Shown one piece after another: positions 14,628 to 17,675 of a stretch of DNA of 17,675 nucleotides; positions within the stretch are counted from its first letter, which is position 1; each line of letters starts with the position of its first letter. A program made the translations under genes and the position numbers. Where the stretch lies: NCBI RefSeq assembly GCF_035285525.1, contig NZ_JAYKGW010000208.1, positions 1 through 17,675 on the forward strand. Reading direction: 5' to 3'. This DNA comes from Okeania sp. (GTDB lineage: Bacteria > Cyanobacteriota > Cyanobacteriia > Cyanobacteriales > Microcoleaceae). A model generated the notes under the pieces. It had not been told where the DNA came from, searched no databases, and was given only the letters and a program-made list of their open reading frames with translations.

Positions 14628-16700
14628 ATGAATCATCGCATCAATCCTCACAACCAAAATCCAGAAGATAATGGCAAGCAAATTGTCAATCAAAATGAGA
14701 CAATAGGGAATCATATCAATTGTCCACCTATACTCAAAGAACGCTACCAGACCATCAAACCTTTAGGTGAAAGTGTCTGGAGCCATACATTTCTTGCCAT
14801 TGACCAAGACAAACCTTCTAAACCACCTTGTATTATTAAAGAGTTTGTTAGCTTAGACGACAGAAAAGATCTAATTTTTCAGGGTCAAGAAACTATGCCC
14901 ATATTTAGCTGTGACCCAGTACAGCTAGATAAAATAGGTAAACATCCCCAAATTCCAGAGCTATTAGCATCTATAGAACATGATGGCCATCGTTATTTAG
15001 TCCAAGAATATATTGAAGGCCGGAATTTGGCCACAGAACTCATAGAAAATGGTGTCTTTCGGGAAAATAGAATTTGGCAAATATTGAATCAGTTATTGCC
15101 TGTACTAGAATTTATCCATGACCATCACCTGATTCATGGAGATATTAAACCAGAAAATATTATTTCTCGGACAAAACCAGGCACAACTATTCCAGAATTT
15201 GTATTAGTTGATTTTGGTGTCACCATTTCTGCTCATGGAGACTTGTTATCAATAGGTAGTATCAATGGTTCTGCTGAATATGCTGCCCCTGAACAAACAC
15301 AAGGGAAAGTCTACCCCAAGAGCGACATATATAGTTTAGGTACAACTTGTCTGCATCTATTAACAATGGTTTCACCATTTGAACTATTTGATATCAAAGC
15401 AGATAAGTGGGTGTGGCGAGACTATTTAAAATATCCTATCAGTCGTCACCTTGGTCGCATCCTAGATAAAATGGTACAACGAGACCATCGTCAACGGTAT
15501 CAGTCGGCAGCAGAAATTATTAAAGATATCAAACAAGGACCCACACCAGTGGATGTTATCCTGGAGAAAAACAAGTGGAATGTAACAGTTTGGGGAACAG
15601 CAGCGATCGCTCTATTATCATTAGTGATTAGTTCTCGTACACTACCTCCCAGAGAGCAGCCATCATTTTCTTCATCCTCTGAAAATATTACTCTCCCTAA
15701 ATTAAAATCAGATTCATATCAACCTAAAAGAGATGAATACACAACTAAACTCCCCCAACTACCACCATCAACAGGAATACTAGACCAACTTTCCCCACTA
15801 GAGACTTTAGCCACAACTTCAGGTCCAGTTTGGTCGATAGCAACCAGTCCTGATGGTCGTATTGTTGCCAGTGGCAGTACAAATGGGAACATTCAACTGT
15901 TACATCTCAAAAGTGGCAACAACTTAGGTACATTATCAGGACATGATGGACCTATATGGTCTGTTGCGATTACCCCAGACAGTCGCACTGTAGTGAGTGG
16001 TAGCAGTGATAGTACAATCAAAATTTGGGATATTTACACTGGTAGATTAAAAAATACCTTGTATGGTCATCTGAAAGATGTTTTCTCTATAGCAGTTAGT
16101 CCTGATGGCAATACGATCGCTAGTGTCAGTAAAGATAAAACTATTAAAATTTGGGATATTAATACTGGCTTACTATTGTATAGTCTTGATGGGCATTCAG
16201 ATGAAGTGCAGTCTGTTGTTTTCAGTCCTGATGGTCGCACGTTAGCTACTGGTAGTAATGATGGTACTGTCAAAATATGGAATTGGCATTATGGTAAACT
16301 ATTACGGACATTTAAGGCTCATAGTGAACCTGTATGGTCTGTTGCTATTAGTCCTGATGGTAAGACTTTAGCAAGTGGTAGTTGGGATAATACGATCAAA
16401 CTTTGGGATTTAGATACTTATAGTCGCCGACAGATAGTTAGGCGTCCTGAACATACATTAAGAGGTCATGGAGAAAAAGTGCAATCTCTAGAGTTTAGCC
16501 CTGATGGTAACACCTTGGCAAGTGGAGATTTTGGAGGTACGATTAAACTCTGGCAAATTGATACAGGTGATTTAATAGGAACTCTTAAAGGACATTCTGC
16601 TTGGGTGAATTTAACTTTTGATCCTCAAGGTCAAACTTTAATTAGTGGCAGTTTTGATGACACTATCAAGCTGTGGCGCTTTTCTCCTTGGATGTTCTAA
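14628..16700 (+). CDS. Hanks-type Ser/Thr protein kinase, then a single TM helix, then a seven-bladed WD40 beta-propeller
   Basis: Kinase motifs: IIKEF (Lys), HGDIKPENI (catalytic loop), DFG, APE, and the DRYQSA region. The TM segment is WNVTVWGTAAIALLSLVISS. Seven WD40 units follow, of the form GH..PVWSVAISPDG.TLASGS.D.TIK(I/L)WD. I prefer the ATG at 14628 over the TTG at 14619 listed in the track. Confidence 0.9.
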   Translation: MNHRINPHNQNPEDNGKQIVNQNETIGNHINCPPILKERYQTIKPLGESVWSHTFLAIDQDKPSKPPCIIKEFVSLDDRKDLIFQGQETMPIFSCDPVQLDKIGKHPQIPELLASIEHDGHRYLVQEYIEGRNLATELIENGVFRENRIWQILNQLLPVLEFIHDHHLIHGDIKPENIISRTKPGTTIPEFVLVDFGVTISAHGDLLSIGSINGSAEYAAPEQTQGKVYPKSDIYSLGTTCLHLLTMVSPFELFDIKADKWVWRDYLKYPISRHLGRILDKMVQRDHRQRYQSAAEIIKDIKQGPTPVDVILEKNKWNVTVWGTAAIALLSLVISSRTLPPREQPSFSSSSENITLPKLKSDSYQPKRDEYTTKLPQLPPSTGILDQLSPLETLATTSGPVWSIATSPDGRIVASGSTNGNIQLLHLKSGNNLGTLSGHDGPIWSVAITPDSRTVVSGSSDSTIKIWDIYTGRLKNTLYGHLKDVFSIAVSPDGNTIASVSKDKTIKIWDINTGLLLYSLDGHSDEVQSVVFSPDGRTLATGSNDGTVKIWNWHYGKLLRTFKAHSEPVWSVAISPDGKTLASGSWDNTIKLWDLDTYSRRQIVRRPEHTLRGHGEKVQSLEFSPDGNTLASGDFGGTIKLWQIDTGDLIGTLKGHSAWVNLTFDPQGQTLISGSFDDTIKLWRFSPWMF

Positions 16701-16736
16701 AAATCACTGGTTAAAGATTCAGAGCTGACCCCTGTA

Positions 16737-16775
16737 ACACACCCTTCAAGGCTGTAACAACCTGGAAGGTTGTGT
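16737..16775 (+). terminator. Imperfect 15-bp stem-loop downstream of the kinase gene; weak terminator candidate
   Basis: ACACACCCTTCAAGG (16737-16751) pairs with CCTGGAAGGTTGTGT (16761-16775) at 13 of 15 positions, with a 9-nt loop. No U-tract follows. Confidence 0.3.
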
Positions 16776-16834
16776 CACCACTCATTACTACTAAGAAAGT
16801 TTTTTTAATCAAAATCTTATTCATAAATAATCCA

Positions 16835-17341
16835 ATGAAACTAAAAATATTAATCACAACTTTGTTAGTTTCAGTAGCTTTTACCACTCCTGTAGTCGCA
16901 TACACAAAGGAACATTTAAGAACTTTGAAACGCTCAAAAAAATGTCTTTACTGTAACCTTTCTAACGCAAATTTTAGTAATAAATCTCAGAAGTATCAAA
17001 AAATAAACGTAACTGGTTCGATATTACATAATGCTGACTTCTCTAATACAAATCTTAAACAAGCCAATTTTACTAATACAGATTTAACCGGAGCCAAATT
17101 TGATAGTGCTAACTTACAAAAAGCTAACTTAGAGAGGTCTATTCTCAAATCAACTAATTTTTGGGGAGCAAATCTACAAAAGGCTAATTTACGGGGTGCT
17201 GATTTAACCAATGCTGTTTTATGGGATGCTGATTTAAGAGGGGCAGATTTACAGGACAGTAACATTAGTAATGCCAGTTTTATTGATGCCAAATTAGAAG
17301 GTGCAATTTTGCCTGATGGTACTATATATACAAATAATTAG
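16835..17341 (+). CDS. Secreted pentapeptide-repeat protein
   Basis: From the ATG at 16835 the product starts MKLKILITTLLVSVAFTTPVVAYT (signal peptide). A C..C motif follows, then a long run of A(D/N)LxX pentapeptides (ANFSN, ADFSN, TNLKQ, ANFTN, TDLTG, AKFDS, ANLQK, ANLER ... ADLRG, ADLQD). The GTG at 16772 in the track adds an unlikely N-terminal extension. Confidence 0.88.
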   Translation: MKLKILITTLLVSVAFTTPVVAYTKEHLRTLKRSKKCLYCNLSNANFSNKSQKYQKINVTGSILHNADFSNTNLKQANFTNTDLTGAKFDSANLQKANLERSILKSTNFWGANLQKANLRGADLTNAVLWDADLRGADLQDSNISNASFIDAKLEGAILPDGTIYTNN

Positions 17342-17467
17342 GGCTTGCTGAAAAAGTCTGAGTGGCAGGGGTAGAAGCCAGAATCCAGCAATCCAGCAAT
17401 CCGTATGGGAATGAGAATCATAGAAGAAGTAGTCAGAAGAATCATCAGAGTGATTTTCTACCCTTAT

Positions 17468-17511
17468 GTTCCCGAAAATCCTAGAATGCTTGATTTTTCG
17501 GGAACCGTACC
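17468..17511. repeat. Hairpin-forming copy of the GATTTTTCGGGAACC dispersed repeat
   Basis: TTCCCGAAAATC (17469-17480) is nearly complementary to GATTTTTCGGGAA (17492-17504), with one extra T. The right arm plus its flank is identical to 7361-7378. Confidence 0.75.
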
Positions 17512-17675
17512 ATTACCACCTAAAAGCTGGTACTTTATTAGTACCTGAAAAGGGCTTTGTTGCATGAATGTTGCGATCGCAACTTCTCTTCTGGGAAGAA
17601 GTTAATTGGTGAATTAGAATTCTACTTTGTAACTTTCTGGCTGACAATTCTGTATCATACGATTAAGTATGGCAC

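Noticed and set aside
16067-17292. Minus-strand ORFs 16067-16273, 16711-16905 and 16996-17292
   Set aside because: They are antisense to the WD40 region and the pentapeptide-repeat gene, or span their intergenic spacer. Repeat-encoding DNA typically stays open on the opposite strand.

Overview
The window looks like chromosomal DNA from a filamentous, probably heterocyst-forming (Nostocales-like) cyanobacterium. It is AT-rich, carries several GCGATCGC (HIP1) palindromes (e.g. 3000-3007, 6144-6151), and has heptamer tandem repeats (STRR-like) in its intergenic regions. I support ten protein-coding genes: a membrane-anchored hypothetical protein (possibly DUF4403), a DUF187/GH10-like glycoside hydrolase, heme oxygenase 1, an OmpR-family response regulator, two glycosyltransferases, an Atx1-type copper chaperone, MsrP, a Ser/Thr kinase-TM-WD40 protein, and a secreted pentapeptide-repeat protein. 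I recognise no rRNA, tRNA, canonical CRISPR array, transposase or integrase. Three stretches are not explained by ordinary genes. (1) 1-401 is a tandem array of a 74-bp non-coding unit, cut by the left edge of the window. (2) 9.8-12.0 kb is a patchwork of decayed toxin-antitoxin cassettes (DUF433/DUF5615, RHH-like/PIN, MazE/MazF-like). Each cassette is headed by the same 30-nt promoter-like box. The patchwork includes a 544-bp tandem duplication that truncates the PIN toxin, and a MazEF-like pair inactivated only by in-frame stop codons. (3) 13392-14627 is a 1.2-kb gene-free region containing a locally GC-rich, foldable patch and a recurring AAGCCTYC motif. I do not see a complete, clearly novel multi-gene system. 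The repeat array and the TA-cassette patchwork with its shared box are the best candidates for something undescribed. All functional assignments come from reading the translations by eye; no searches were run.
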